DNA of 64,000 nucleotides from Octopus vulgaris (GCA_951406725.2 OX597819.1:32488001-32552000), one strand, 5' to 3'. Shown: positions 14,511 through 36,186, numbered from the stretch's first letter. The notes: a model not told the origin generated them from the sequence alone. Numbers and translations are program-made.

Positions 14511-14766
14511 TACAGTTATTCAACTATCTCTTTCGCATTCATATATTAACAATTAAGATCTTAATTACAAAATAACATGAAACCATTATTATATGCCAAT
14601 TTAGTTAATTCTGTCAAGCTCCCTCTTCATTTAGTATGATAGAAATTTAAATGTATTAATATGTTTTGAAAGAAATTTAAAGTGCCTACGTGTTTAATGT
14701 AAACCTACTTTTGGGCCACCCTCTATATGCACACACAAACTGTATGTGCGTGTGTAAGTATATATA

Positions 14767-14861
<95 letters not shown>

Positions 14862-15107
14862 GTGTGTATATTGTATATAGAAGAATATATTAATAAAAAG
14901 AATTCCAACCTTGTCTGATTTTCACGTTTTATTTACAATCTTATAATGATATATTATAAGATAATATATTATAATTGAGTAAAATAAAATGAAATAGTAG
15001 AATGTTAAATATTCATTCTGATTGAACTAGTACTTTCATGCATTGAATTCTGCAATCTTCGGGTTCATGTAGTAGTGTTGACAGTATGCTTCACAATTTT
15101 TGACTGT

Positions 15108-16087
<980 letters not shown>

Positions 16088-16089
16088 TA

Positions 16090-16329
16090 TTCTTTTATTT
16101 GTTTCAGTAATTTGACTGCGGCCAAGCTGGAGCACCGCCTTTAGTCGAGCAAATCTACCGCAGGACTTATTCTTTGTAAGTCTAATACTTATTTTATCAG
16201 TCTCTCTTGCCGAACCGCTAAGTTACGGGGACGTAAACACACCAGCATCGGTTGTCAAGCGATGTTGGTGGGATAAACACAGACACACAAACATATGCAT
16301 ACACACACACACACACACGCACACACACA

Positions 16330-16424
<95 letters not shown>

Positions 16425-16826
16425 TTCTTTACTACTCACAAGGAGCTAAACGCAGAAATGACAAACAAGGACATACAAACGGATTAAGTCGATTATATCG
16501 ACCCCAGTGCGTAACTGGTACTTAATTTATCGACCCCGAAAGGCTGAAAGGCAAAGTCGACCTCGGCGGAATCTGAAGTCAGAACGTAACGGCAGACGAA
16601 ATACGGCTACGCGTTACTGCCAGCTCGCCGCCTCTGAGGTATTCCTAGAGATGCCAAAGGAAAAGGGGCTTCTTTCAGTTTTTGTCTACCAAATCCACTC
16701 ACAAGGCTTTGATCGGTCCGAGGCTATAGTAGAAGACACTTGCCCAAGTTGCCACGCAGTGGGACTGAACCCAGAACCATGTAGCTGGAAAGCAAGCTAC
16801 TTGCCACACAGCCACTCCTGCGCCTA
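16090..16826 (-). mobile_element. SINE family A interrupted by SINE family B (16424-16632)
   Basis: A tail 16090-16290, B copy after the CA tract, A head 16665-16826. Confidence 0.8.
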
Positions 16827-17444
16827 TATTTACACTTTTGCTCTATCAGCTCGCTACTTTTAATGGTTTAATTATTAACATATGAAATAATAATTGGCGG
16901 AAGGTCAAAAATTTGATTTTCCTTCGTTAGGGGAGGACAGCAGGGGGCAGCTAAGAATCTTTTACATGACTGGTATTTAGGTAATTGAATAAACGAAAGG
17001 TGAAATACACCTCAGAGGACTTTTGAACTCAGAATACTAATAAACACCTATTCTATCCGATGATCAAGTGATTCTTTCAGTTTGTCGGCCTCTTAAGAAG
17101 AATTTATCGATAAAAAAATAAATGCATGATAGTCAGACTATGCAAATTCACTGCAAACTTTACTAAAAATTATGAAGCCATAAAAATATTTTTAAAGGAA
17201 AAAAATATCTACAATTCAATTTATTTATTGCAGCGAAATATTGAATACGCCATGAAAACCTTTTCCTTTGGTATCTCTAGAGTATCACTTATTTCATCAG
17301 ACATCTCATAAAATATAAACTTATGAATGTCTTTCTTGAATTAAGTGTTTCTTTAATGCTAAACACTTTACTATTAAGTATTACACATTACGAAGATGTA
17401 CTTGCATAGTAAGTGATCTGATCTGAGATCGTGTGCTGGAACGA

Positions 17445-17709
17445 AAACAATTGCAGCATGGAAGGTGTTTATAAACTATTTAAGAAACACACGCGAACCG
17501 TTAGATTCACTTGTCAAAATATTTTCGTCGCTGTTTTGTCTGTTCACAGACAAAATTCCGATGCAGCACAGAATTTTGTCAGTGGACAGATCGCGGTTTC
17601 AAAGCGACGAAAATATTTTGACAAATTAAATTTAAATGTTGAAGTGAATCTAACGGTTTTCGTGTGTTTCTTAAATGGCTTATAAACACCTTCCAAGCTG
17701 CAATTGTTT
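17445..17709. mobile_element. Foldback MITE
   Basis: Arms aaacaattgcagcatggaaggtgtttataa / ttataaacaccttccaagctgcaattgttt, ~90 bp inverted identity plus inner inverted repeats. Confidence 0.75.
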
Positions 17710-17806
17710 ATTACTCATTAACTTATAATATATTGGCAACATTATCATTTCGTCTATTAACTTTACGTATCTCTCTCCTTTCTCCCCACCTCTCTCTTAC
17801 TGTTAT

Positions 17807-17854
17807 GTTGTACTGACGAGCCCAGAATGAGGGAGACATAGCGCTATCAACAAC
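17807..17854 (+). ncRNA. Degenerate hammerhead motif
   Basis: guugua-CUGACGA-gccc(agaauga)ggga-GACA-UAGCGCUA-UC-aacaac; GAAA mutated to GACA; AATAAA ~14 nt downstream. Confidence 0.55.
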
Positions 17855-18200
17855 GACAGGAATATCCAATAAATGTATTTTACGGATATATGGAAACATC
17901 ATATACTATTTCACTCCTAACAAAAAGACCTCTCAATATAAGAAGAAAAAAATACAATAAATAAAATATAGACTTTGAAGCTGCTCTCTCCCCTTATGGA
18001 GAATATTCAGCCTCTCTGTCGTCTCATAGTTGTCTAGTTGCCGCTCTCTCTATCTCTCTCTCTCTCGTACGTCCTCATTAATGAAACATACCTAGTACTA
18101 AATAGGAGATATACATAGAAGGTAGTGATACCCCAATACCCACAGGTTATACATGCAAAGGTAGATTTGTTAGTAGACAGTTATGTAGACGTACATATAT

Positions 18201-18417
18201 TCTTTTATTCTTTTATTTATTTCAGTCATTTGACTGCGGCCATGCTAATCGACCCCACGACTTATTCTTTGTAAGCCTAGTACTTATTCTATCGGTCACT
18301 TTTTGCCGAACTGCTAGTTTACGGTGACAAACACAGATACACGAACATACACACACACGCACACACACATACATACATACATACATACATAAATACGTAT
18401 ATATATATATACATACA

Positions 18418-18478
<61 letters not shown>

Positions 18479-18494
18479 ATATCTATGTACATAC

Positions 18495-18525
<31 letters not shown>

Positions 18526-18612
18526 CCGGAGTAAACACATAAATGCGAAACAAGGTGGAAAAAAGAGTACTCAAATACCAGTGGTAGAGTAATATGCTTT
18601 GCTTTAAATAAA

Positions 18613-18678
<66 letters not shown>

Positions 18679-18822
18679 CGGGCTTCTTTCCGTGGACCAA
18701 ATCTACTCACAAGGCTTTGATCGGCTCGAGGCTTTACTAGAAGACATTTGCCCAAGGTGCCACGCAGTGGGACTGAACTCGGAGCCATGTGGTTGGAAGG
18801 CAGGCTACTTACCACACAGCCG
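18201..18822 (-). mobile_element. SINE family A with expanded microsatellite and a pLTR-like fragment (18526-18612)
   Basis: Tail 18201-18325 and head 18676-18822; the insert carries ataccagtgg, resembling the motif in other pLTRs. Confidence 0.7.
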
Positions 18823-19010
18823 CTCATATATATGTGTGTGTAGGTAAATGGATATGTAAGTAAAGAGATAGGTAAGTAGACAGATAGGTAAATAGGTAAT
18901 ACGGACAGACAAGCACACATACACACACATACACATGCAAGGACACATATATATTATACGCACACATATATATAATTATTAATTTTACATATAACACAGA
19001 CACACACGCG

Positions 19011-19049
<39 letters not shown>

Positions 19050-19052
<3 letters not shown>

Positions 19053-19210
19053 CGACGAGCTTCTTTCAGTTTCTACCAAATCCAGCCACAAGGCTTTGGT
19101 CGGCCCGAGGCTATATTAGACACTTGCCCAAGGTTCCACGCAGTGGGACTGAACCCGGAACCATATGGTTGGTAGTCAAACTATTTACTACACAGCCACT
19201 CCTGCGCCTG
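19050..19210 (-). mobile_element. SINE family A, 5' half
   Basis: Reverse complement of the head. Confidence 0.8.
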
Positions 19211-19254
19211 TATTTTTAATAATAATGATAATAATAATAATAATAATAATAATG

Positions 19255-19312
<58 letters not shown>

Positions 19313-19324
19313 TAATAATAATAA

Positions 19325-19530
19325 TTTCTTCCATATGGACAAGACCTGTAATTTCGTGGGGAGATGACCACCAAACTGCATCGACCCCAGTGTTTCACTG
19401 GTACTTAATTTGTTGACCCAAAATAATGAAAGCAAACTCGACCTCGGCAGCGCTTGACTCAGAGCGTAAAGGCGGACGAATTACCATTAAGTATTTTGCC
19501 CGGCGTCCTAACGATTCTTCCAGCTAACCT
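19325..19530 (-). mobile_element. SINE family B (diverged)
   Basis: tcgaccccagtg...ggtacttaattt...atgaaagcaaactcgacctcggc. Confidence 0.7.
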
Positions 19531-19546
19531 CATTCTTAATAATAAT

Positions 19547-19645
<99 letters not shown>

Positions 19646-20052
19646 AATAATAATGATAATATAGCTGAAACATGAAATTAGTAGAAAATAAAAGCGAATT
19701 TGAAAAGAAAATAATATCTTGAAAAATTTCAAGAGCCAAACATAGCATCTGAATAAAAATACTCCAAACTAAAGAGAGAAAATTATTATGAAATGCTGAT
19801 GTTCAATATTTGAAGAAATGGTACAAAAGAAAAGAGAAATTCTGTTGTCGAAATATTCTAGCAAAAAATATTCGGAGCACAAAAATAATTTTACTTCAAA
19901 ATCTCTTTATTGTGAGTGAGATTATGGTTTATCATAGAAAAGTTTACAAACCACCTACCAATAGTAAATATCGGTTTCAAATTTTGGCACAAGGCCCGTA
20001 TGTTTAAGGGAAGGCCTTAGATGAATAAATCACCCTCAGTATTCAACTAGTA

Positions 20053-20349
20053 CAGTGGTTCCCAACCTGCAGTTCGTGGACCCCTGATGGTCCGCAAAGG
20101 TAGTACTAGGGGTCCGCGAACTAAATTTAAAATTTCAAGGAGTGGCTGCGTGGTAAGAAACTTGTTTCTCAACCACATGGTTTCGGGTTCAGTCCCACAG
20201 CGTGGCACTTTGGGCAAGTGTCTTCTACTATATCCTCGGGCCGACTAAAGCCTTGTGAGAGGATTTGGTAGATGGAGCTGAAAGAAACCGTCGTGTATAT
20301 ATATACATATATATACACACACACAGAGACACACACACACAATATATAT

Positions 20350-20396
<47 letters not shown>

Positions 20397-20880
20397 CCAA
20401 AAGTAAAACGAAGAAAAAACGCAAGATTAAAAACCACAACGCGAGGACCTGGTACATGCAAAGTATTAGCAGATGCTCAGGGAACAAAAGAAAGGTAGTT
20501 TTTACATTTCGAGCAAAGCTCTTCTTCAGAAACAAGAGACAGAGAAAAGGAAGACGGACGAAAAAAATCGCCAAAGATCCACATGTAGTTACATTGATGT
20601 TGGTGTGTTTACGTCCCCGTGACTTAGCGGTTTGGCAAAAGATATCGACAGGATAAGTACTAAGCTTACAAAGAATAAGTCCTGGGGTAGATTTGTTCGA
20701 CTAAAGGCGGTGCGCCAGCATGGCTGCAATCAAATGACTGAAACAAGTAAACGAATAAAAAATAAAAAGATTATATACATAAGGATAGACATATTTAAAA
20801 GGGTTCGTGGGAAAACTCATTTAAATAAAAGGGTCGGCAACCACTGTTGGGAACCCCAGTGAAAAGTTTGGGAACCACAG
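20053..20880. mobile_element. hAT (Charlie-like) MITE containing a SINE A copy
   Basis: TIR cagtggttcccaa / ttgggaaccacag; 8-bp TSD aactagta (20045-52) / aactacta (20881-88); SINE A at 20137-20765 inside. Confidence 0.75.
20498..20533 (-). ncRNA. Minimal type-I hammerhead ribozyme
   Basis: guuu-CUGAAGA-a-gagc(uuu)gcuc-GAAA-UG-UA-aaaac; paralog of 13771 with a changed loop and intact stem II. Confidence 0.7.
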
Positions 20881-21473
20881 AACTACTACTATTTTCATCG
20901 ATCTCGAAAGGATGAAAGGCAAAGTCAACCTCAGTGGAATCTGTACTCAGAATGTAAAGTCGGACGAAATGCCGTTACGTGTTTAGCTCGCCGTGGTTAA
21001 CGATTCTGCGTTGTCCCCTCTGTGTTTAGCCCCTTGTGGGTAGTAAAGAAATATAATTATACTATCGAGAACAATACCATGGTCATCGCTCGAAGGCTGG
21101 GATATAAAGTAACAAGACCGATTGGTCCTCCTTTCTTAGTTTCTTCATGTAACCGATTCACAGAGAGAGAGGGGGTGAGGAAGAGAGAAATAAAGAAAGA
21201 GAAAGAGAGAGAGAGGGGGGAGATAGAGAGACAGAGAATCAGATAGACAGACAGTTAGAGATAGAGACAGGGAGAGAGAGGGAGAGGAGAGAAAAGAGAG
21301 AGAGAGAAAGAGACGGGGAAATTGAATCGATTTCATTACTGCACTGATACTTTATCGACCCTTTAGGGATGTGAAGCAAAGTTGAACTCGCCAGATTTGA
21401 ACACAGAACACAGAACATAGAACACACAAACCCAGAACAAACACCGCAAGGTATCCAACACGGTATTCTAACA

Positions 21474-21705
21474 AGGCGGCGAGCTGGCAGAAACGTTAGC
21501 GCGCCGGGTGAAATGCGTAGCCGTATTTCGTCTGCCGTTACGTTCTGAGTTCAAATTCCGCCGAGGTCGACTTTGCCTTTCATCCTTTCGGGGTCGATTA
21601 AATAAGTACCAGTTACACACTGGGGTCAATGTAATCGACTTAATCCGTTTGTCTGTCCTTGTTTGTCCTTTCTGTATTTAGCCCCAAGTGGGTAGTAAAG
21701 AAGTA
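21474..21705 (+). mobile_element. tRNA-derived SINE family B (Meta-like core), full length
   Basis: ggcgagctggcagaa head, gagttcaaattcc B box, core gcctttcatcctttcggggtcgat.aa.taagtaccag; flanking duplication ggtattctaac. Confidence 0.85.
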
Positions 21706-21749
21706 GGTATTCTAACGTTCTTTCCAAGCCTTTGTTTTATGTAGTTCAG

Positions 21750-22598
21750 TATGAATGTATAATCACGGAAGTCTTTCGGTCTTTTAAAGGAAAACGTTGA
21801 AGTAGGAGTGAGAGAAGTTGGTAATCTTCGTTTTCGCGATGATATTGATTTACTGAATAGATAATGAAGAACCGAGAGATCTAATAACATGCCTTGATAC
21901 ATCTGCAAGAAGATATAGAACAGAAATAAGTACTGACAAAGAGGAAAATAATGATAGCTAGTAAAAAGAAAATAGACAATCCGTTTGAAATAGAAGGGAA
22001 AATGCTCGAACAAGTTGATGAATTTAAATAATAGGGATGAACAGAACGAAAAGGGGTAAGATCAAAGAAAAATAAATCAAAACGAAAAATATGTCAGATT
22101 GCTGCGGTTTTAGCGAAATTAGACGCAGTTTCAGAAAAGGAGGAAAATGATTACAAAAGTTTTTAAAAAATGAATACATTTTAAAAGAGCAGTTGTAATT
22201 TCAGCTGCAGTGTATGGGTGAGAATCATGAACGTTGGAGGCTGAAAGTGTGTAAAATATGACGAATGAAAAGAAACGAAAGATATTTCGTATACCGTCAC
22301 CTGATAAGCGAACTTGTTGGGAAAACCTCTGACTATAAAACCATTTATGGTTTGAGCCGTCTTAAGGCAAGGGCAAACTAGGCGGTCACCCAGGAACCTC
22401 TGAGGTCCCTGGTTCTATGAGGCCCAGAGAATCAATTCTGTTTTATGCATGTTGTGGCCTGCTGTTACTCCTTTACTCTTTTACATGTTTCAGTCATTTG
22501 AATCTGGCCATTGCTAGAGCACAGCCTTTAGTGGAACAAATCGACCCCAGGACTTATTGTGAGCCTAGTACTTATTGTATCGGTCTTTTGCTGAACCG

Positions 22599-22675
<77 letters not shown>

Positions 22676-23120
22676 CGACGGGTTTCTTTCAGTTTCCGCC
22701 TACCAAATCGATTTACAAGGCTTTGGTCGGCCCGAAGCTATCGATAAGACACTTGCCCAAGGTGCCACGCAGAGAGACAGAACCCGGAACCATGTGGATG
22801 GGAAACAAGCTTGTTACCACACACCCATTCCTGCACCTTATGTTAATAAGTAAATACAATTGGGTTCCATGAATTCATTTGCCCGGGGGGGCTTACAATG
22901 ATGCTAACCGGATCTGTATATGGTCAATTGTTACAAGAAGAAAATGAATTAGTTTGGTTATGTGTTACATAAACAAACCCGACCTAATAACTCCTGATAA
23001 CTGAAGGATAGGCAAGAGATACAAAGGGAGGAATTGGGCAACGTCAAGACAATCACAGGGAGAATTTTGGTAGAAAATATACAGTTGAATGATGACTGGG
23101 ATGTATGGGGAAAGAGAGAC
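21750..23120 (+). pseudogene. Decayed RTE-clade LINE RT, interrupted by a MITE-like insert and SINE A (22355-22917)
   Basis: Translates VGNLRFRDDIDLL, GKMLEQVDEFK and VISAAVYG*ES*TL, matching RTE motifs NLRFADDIDL and LYGCESWTL. Confidence 0.65.
22465..22840 (-). mobile_element. SINE family A
   Basis: Tail and head flank a TA tract. Confidence 0.8.
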
Positions 23121-23279
23121 TGCTATCTCTTGTTGCTAATATATAAGCCCTCTTTAAGCTGCGGATGTTGATTGACTTACTAAGTGTATAATTTACTCAG
23201 TCTTTTGATGCGAAAATCATTTTTGAATTATCAATCACTTTAATAGGAGCAGGTTGTCAAGAATTGACCTCGTGTTCTT

Positions 23280-23500
23280 TCTATTTTTGGTACAAAGCAG
23301 GTAATTTTGTGGGGTGAGGACAAGTTGATAATTACATCGACCCTAGTGTTTGAATACTGCTTCATTTTCTCGACCTCGAATGGATAAAAGGCAAAGTTGA
23401 CATCAGCCTGATTTAAAGGTTCGAAAGTAAAGAGCCGGAAGAAATGCTGCTAAGAATGTTATCCGAAGCGTTAATGAATTTGCCAACTCGCTGCCTTCGG
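23280..23500 (-). mobile_element. SINE family B (diverged)
   Basis: tcgacctcgaatggataaaaggcaaagttgac. Confidence 0.6.
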
Positions 23501-24157
23501 AATTGGCATAATATTATATGTCCCGCACGTGCTTCTTGAAGCAAGCGTAGAAATTTTGTAACGTTCTCTGACGTAACACGGTAGCAATTGCGCTTCTCAC
23601 ATCCAACGAGAAGCGATTTATATCCATAAAACTGTTTTTTACTCTATAGAAAACAAATCATAATTACTTGAGATGGTCGACAGTTTTCACTCTCATAATC
23701 TTAACATTCCATCAGAATAAAGCTGGTTTTTTTTTTTCATTATACACCACGACTCAACTACATCTAACCGAACGTCTGATGAGAATTAGCATAATTTATC
23801 GAACAGAATTACGCACAAACCAATCCAACGATAAAGTCTCCAATGAAGTTAAAATGATATTTGTAAGGATAAAAATAACGTGCATAAAATTTATAAAAAA
23901 TAATTAGCTATCCCAAATTGGTGAAGAATAAATAGATTTATAATTCAGTATTCCACTTTTGAAAAAACCCTGAACTTCAATCGAAAATGTCAAAGGAATA
24001 GCAAAAAATGGTATTATGACACGTACAGAAAAGTACAGAGAGAAACGTAGCGACGGGCGAAATACCGCTAAACATTTTGTCCAGCGCACTAAGGACTCTG
24101 CCAGCTCACCGCCGTGATGATGATGATGATGATAATGATAATAATAATAAAAATAGA

Positions 24158-24189
<32 letters not shown>

Positions 24190-24190
<1 letters not shown>

Positions 24191-24400
24191 CTTTTCGACT
24201 CTTGACAAAAGGCCCGAAATTTGGGGGGAGTGGGGGCCAGTCGATTAGATCGTCCCGAGTATGCAACTGGTACCTAATTTATCGACCCCGAAAGAATAAA
24301 AAGCAAAGTCGGCCTCGGCGGAATTTGAACTTAGAGCGTAAAGACACGAAATATCGCTAAGCATTTCGCCCGTCGTGCTAACGATTCTGCCAGCTCGTCA
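24190..24400 (-). mobile_element. SINE family B
   Basis: Reverse complement of the 21474-type head and core. Confidence 0.8.
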
Positions 24401-24419
24401 CCGTGATGATGATGATGAT

Positions 24420-24480
<61 letters not shown>

Positions 24481-24553
24481 TTGTGAGCTCGATGATGTTT
24501 ACTCCTCACCCTTTTAACACGGTTTTAGAAGACCGTGTGCTTACTAATGATAC

Positions 24554-24587
<34 letters not shown>

Positions 24588-25136
24588 GTGAGAGAGGTGT
24601 ATGCCATCAAAGTGACACTGGGGTAAAATATACCAGGCCAAGTATACCCATCATGACTACTCGTCTGATAAAGGTACACCAGGCACATGCATCACAACCA
24701 TATGTGCGCGACATGGTGATCTCATATCAAGATAAACAGCACATGGACTTGCAGGTGATGCCCAATTAGAATTTTCTTCTGGTCAAGTAACCGATCCCGC
24801 TCAAAAGGTCCTGAATAAGGATTGTTTAAGGATATTGAACGAACCACCCATGTTTCCAGAGGTGAATTATTCAAATTCCAAAGAATCCCTCTCAATACAA
24901 GGCTATGATGCTCCCCCACTACTTCTGCTCGTGATCGGAGATGTACACATCACTAACTACTAAGGGACATGCTCAACTGGTTAAGGTCAAACAACTGACA
25001 AGCAAATATATGGGATTGAGCAGAATATTTGCTGTAGCCCACCTGTTATACCAAGACAAAACAATGTACATGATAAGACTTCCAATCAGTTAAGATCAGA
25101 AGCCACGAAAGCCACTGCCTGGTGCTGCATCAGGGC

Positions 25137-25139
<3 letters not shown>
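24588..25139 (-). mobile_element. ~555-bp (TAA)n-inserted element, copy 3 (full length)
   Basis: Same 5' junction as copy 1 (taat-aaatgccctgatgcag); TTA arrays on both sides. Confidence 0.85.
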
Positions 25140-25214
<75 letters not shown>

Positions 25215-25230
25215 CATCATTATCATTATT

Positions 25231-25755
25231 GAATGAGAGAGCAGCGCATGCCTTTAAAGTGACACTCGGGTAAAATATACGAAGCCCAAGACTAACCGTC
25301 TGATAAGGGTACACCAGGCACGTGCATCATAACAATATGTGCGTGACATGATGATCTCATATCAAGATAAACAGCACATGGCGGGAACGATTTATAATTC
25401 CTTCAGGTTGAGTACCCCATCTAATTCGAAAGGTCCCTGCATAAGGGTTGTTTAGGGATGTTGAACGAAATACCCATGTTTCCAGAGATGAATTGTTCAA
25501 ACCCCAAAGACATTCTCTCAACACATGGCTATGGTATTCCCCTCTCCTTCTGCTCGTGATCAGAGGTGCACATATCATCAGCCACTGAGGGACGTGCTCA
25601 AATGGTTAAAGTCAAACAACTGACAAGCAAATCTGTGGTATTGAGTAGAATATTTGCTGTAGCCCATCTTTTATACCAAGACAAAACAATGTACATGATA
25701 ACACTTCCAATCAGTTAAGATCAGAAGCGATTGAAGTCACTGCCTGGTATTGCAT
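25231..25755 (-). mobile_element. ~555-bp (TAA)n-inserted element, copy 4 (diverged)
   Basis: Tandem to copy 3 across a TTA spacer; small internal deletions. Confidence 0.8.
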
Positions 25756-25766
25756 TATTATTATTG

Positions 25767-25935
25767 GTGACTAGCTGGCTGAATAGTTAGCACGTTCTGA
25801 ATTCAAATTCCGCCGAGGTCGACTTTGCCTTTCATCCTTTCGGGATCGATTAATTAAGTACCAGTGAAACACTGGGGTTGATGTAATCAACTTAACTCCT
25901 ACTCCCAAATTTCAGGCCTTGTACCTATAGTAGAA
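25767..25935 (+). mobile_element. SINE family B
   Basis: ttcaaattccgccgaggtcgactttgcctttcatcc. Confidence 0.8.
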
Positions 25936-25978
25936 ATTATTACTATTATTATTATTGTTGTTGTTGTTGTTGTTGTTG

Positions 25979-26048
<70 letters not shown>

Positions 26049-28290
26049 CCAATGAACTAAGGTAAAACTCCTTATTTTTCGAGTATCATCCAGAGTATTC
26101 GAGCAGTTCCAAGTAGTGCTGTTTTCTGCAAGTTCTCTACCCATATTGCAGCACCTATTTGTTTCATGACTTCTCAAGATCTTTACTCACTGTTCCCAGG
26201 GCTCCGACAATTATTGGTACTACTACCACCTTTTTCATCGACCACAACTGCTTTACCTCCCAACCTAACCTGTTATATCTATCGACTTTCCTTTCTTCCT
26301 TGTCGCATATCTTGTTGTCAGCTGGGGATGATATATCTATGGTCCAGCATCATTTGCGTTCTTTCTCAATTAACACTTTGTCTGCTTTCCTATTCTGTAT
26401 CTCATGGTCGCACTGAATCATAAAATCCCACAGGATCTTCTTCGCATTATCATTTTCGATGATGCCTTCGGGTTCATGTTCGTACGAGTTTTTTGCTCTG
26501 TCAAGTCCATACTTGTTGCAAAGTGTCCAATGGAGAATTCTTGCCATATTACCATGACCTCTCTTATACTCGTTCTGGGCTAGTGGCGTACATTGACTGG
26601 TAATATGCCATGCGGTTTCATCATATTCTCCACAAATTCTGCACTTATCACTTTCTTATGTGTTGTCTATTCTGTATTTGATGTAATTGGTTCTTAATGC
26701 TTATTCTTGGGCACCACAGATTAAAGCCTCCATTTCTGGTTTTAAATCACTTTTAGTCACCCATAGCCATCTTTTATCTCTGTCTGTCTTATCTTCAACA
26801 TCCCTATGAAATTGTCCATGCATTCTTTTCTTTATCCACGTATTTTCTGTTTCATTCATGATCAAATCCTTGCAGAGTGCTTTATCTTCGCAATCTTCCC
26901 TTCTACACAAGCCTGACCTTCTTACTTTCTATAATAGCGGTTCTGTGGCCTTTTTTAGATACCGTGCTATGTTGTTTTCTTCTGCTCTAATGCTGTGTTT
27001 GCATCCAATCAGTCCTCTTTCCCTCTTTTTCTTGGTACATACAGTGTGTCAGCGTCACTTCTTGGGTGGAGTATCCCATATCTAGTCAGCAACTTTCTTC
27101 TCTTTCTGTCTAAACTGTTTAGTTCATCCACTGTCCATGTGATCATTCATGTTTCATATCTAAGTAGTGAAACCGCCCAGGTGTTGATAGCTTCAATCTT
27201 ATTCCGTCCGTTTAATTTCAACTTAAGGATCAGTCTCCGTGTGCGCAAGCACTCCACCTTAAATTTTTTTTTGTCATTTCTTTCTCCATCAATTTCTCCA
27301 TTTTTATTATCCCCAAATACTTATAGCTCGTCTTCTATCTGCTTCATAACCTCACCTGACGGCATCGTTAGCTCGTCCATATATCTGATTTTACCTCTCT
27401 TCAAGACTAACACACCACAGTTTTTCAATCCAGCACTGAAAGTATACACCGTATCAATGAGGAAACTGACTTGGGATTCATCTTTACCATAAAGTTTGAG
27501 GTCATCCATGAATAACATGTGGTTGACTTTTTGTTGGCGGCTATTGAATATATACCCAGCCTTTGCTTTCCTCAGAATCAGTGTCAGTGGTATCATACAT
27601 AGAACAAAGATCAATGGGGACAGGCAGTCCCCTTGGAAGATGCCTCTCCTGATATCTATTGTTCCTAATTTTCTTCCATATGCAGTCAGTTCCGTCCTCC
27701 ACTTCGCCGTACTTTTTCCAAGCAAATGCTCAACATTCGATGCAATACCAAATATGTTCATACATTCCGTAATCCAATAATGTGGGATCATATCGTACGC
27801 CTTACGATAATCAATCCGTGACATGGCTTAGTTAGTTTTCATCCTCTTGCAGTCTCTAAGTACAGTTTTGTCTACCAGGAGTTGATCCTTGGTACTTCTG
27901 CATTTACGCTTGCAACCCTTCTGCTCATGTGTCAGGACTCCATTTTTTCCAGGTTCTGCGACTATTCCAGTCAATGATTTCCACATAAGTGGCAAGCAGG
28001 ATATCGGTTTGTAACTGTCTATCATTTTGTCTTTTTCGATGTTTGTTTTTCAAGCACAGCACTATCCTACCCATTGTCAACTACTCTGGTATTACTTGAG
28101 CAGCATTTAACAAGGTGTTGAGTTGTGCAGCTATTCGTACATGACATTCACTATATCCTTTTATCCGATAGCCTTGAATTCCATCTGGTTTCGAGCCTTT
28201 CCAGTTGCCCATTTAAAAATTTTTTTCCTGATTTCCTTCACTTCCCTAAATGAAATGACTAGTTCTACCTGTTTTGGTCAGACGCCTGTT
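26049..28290 (-). pseudogene. Decayed Dong/R4-type non-LTR retrotransposon (RT, CCHC, RLE)
   Basis: YKPISCLPLMWK, IDYRKAYDMIPH, RGIFQGDCLSP, HMLFMDDLKLY, LKPEMEALICGAQE, ILWDFMIQCD over several frames; 3' end abuts (TAA)n. Confidence 0.9.
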
Positions 28291-28335
28291 TGTTTGTTAT
28301 TATCATTATTATTTATTATTATTATTATTATTATT

Positions 28336-30578
<2,243 letters not shown>

Positions 30579-30613
30579 ATCATTATTATTATTATTATCA
30601 TCATCATCATCAT

Positions 30614-30815
30614 TGGCGAGCTGGCAGATTCGTTAGCGCGCCAGGAGAAACGCCATTTCGACCATCTTTACGTTCAGAGTTCATATTCCTCCGGGGTGAA
30701 CTTTGCTTCTTATAATTTCCTAGTCGATAAAATAAGTACCAGCTGAATCCTGGGGTCGATGTAATCAACTTAGCCCTTCACCAATAACTGCTGGTCTTGT
30801 GCCAACATTTAAAAA
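30614..30815 (+). mobile_element. SINE family B (diverged)
   Basis: ggcgagctggcaga head; gtcgataaaataagtaccag core. Confidence 0.7.
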
Positions 30816-31635
30816 GCATTATTATTATCATTGGCATCGTCAGGTTGCCGAGAACTTGGTTCTTGGATTCCCTGGTGCCACATCAATTACAAGTAAGGAC
30901 GTCTGTTTATTTTCAACTAATCATGCGAATAAAAGATCTAGCAGTATAGGCAATGGTGTTGGTGTCAGCACTGTTGCTGCTGCTGCTGCTGTTGTTGTTC
31001 GAGATGGTGATGGTGGTGGTGATAGAAGTGATGGTGGTGTTGCTGTTGATGGAGTTGATGCTAGTCGTGGTGGTGATGGTGGCGTTGGTGTCCTTTATGA
31101 CTGCAGAATTGGCGATGTTGATGGTGAAGGATGTGATGGTGATTTTTGCGTTGGTGGTTATCACAGCTGTAGTCGTGATTTTTCTTTTCTTTTTTTTTAT
31201 TTTTCGGTAAGGTCATGGTAGGAGAGGCGGCGACGATGTTGGTAGTAATCCTGATAGTGGTTGCAATGTTGTTATAGTAGTGATAATGATGACGATGGTG
31301 GCGACCCAAAAATCACGACCACTGCCATGACGACCACCACGACGACAACCACCACAACCACCAACATCGACGACAACAACAACAACAACAACAACAACAA
31401 CTCTCGCTTACTTTGAGGGTTTTAAAATAAACAAACCGTTGTTTTAATGCCAGACAAGCAATATGATGAAGATAATATCAGTAAGTGGGAGGTGTCAAAC
31501 GTCATACCTGACCTCTAGTGTCTAATTAATTAAGAAACCGATATCGAGCTGGGGTCTTCATGTTCAATACCTCGCCACACACACAAACACACGCACACAC
31601 ATTCCCTTAGTCATTTTCCCTCATTATCTTATACT

Positions 31636-35870
<4,235 letters not shown>

Positions 35871-36140
35871 ATGTGTGTGCTCGCGTTTTCGTCATTCCGT
35901 AGATCACAGAGATATTCTTGTAGCAGATTCCTCCTTGCTTTTCTATAGAAATTATTTGTTTGCATCTAAGTTTTTTTTCTTTTATTCCTATATAATTTCG
36001 TTTTACCAAATTTAGTTTCCATATTTATTTGATCTTGTATTGAAATTTATATCATATATTTGTGCCTAACCTAATTTTATTCTCTATCCGTGCCCATTAC
36101 TTGATTTTTTAATATTTATTTATTATATTGCAGGCAATGG

Positions 36141-36186
<46 letters not shown>

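Larger units (their letters stand above)
19975..21010 (-). mobile_element. SINE family B split by a hAT MITE
   Basis: Halves at 19975-20052 and 20881-21010 join into one B copy. Confidence 0.65.

Noticed and set aside
30799-31400. 140-aa Gly/Asp/Val-rich ORF and a possible exon at 30844-30892
   Set aside because: Decayed (GGT/GAT) trinucleotide repeat; weak acceptor and no recognisable domain
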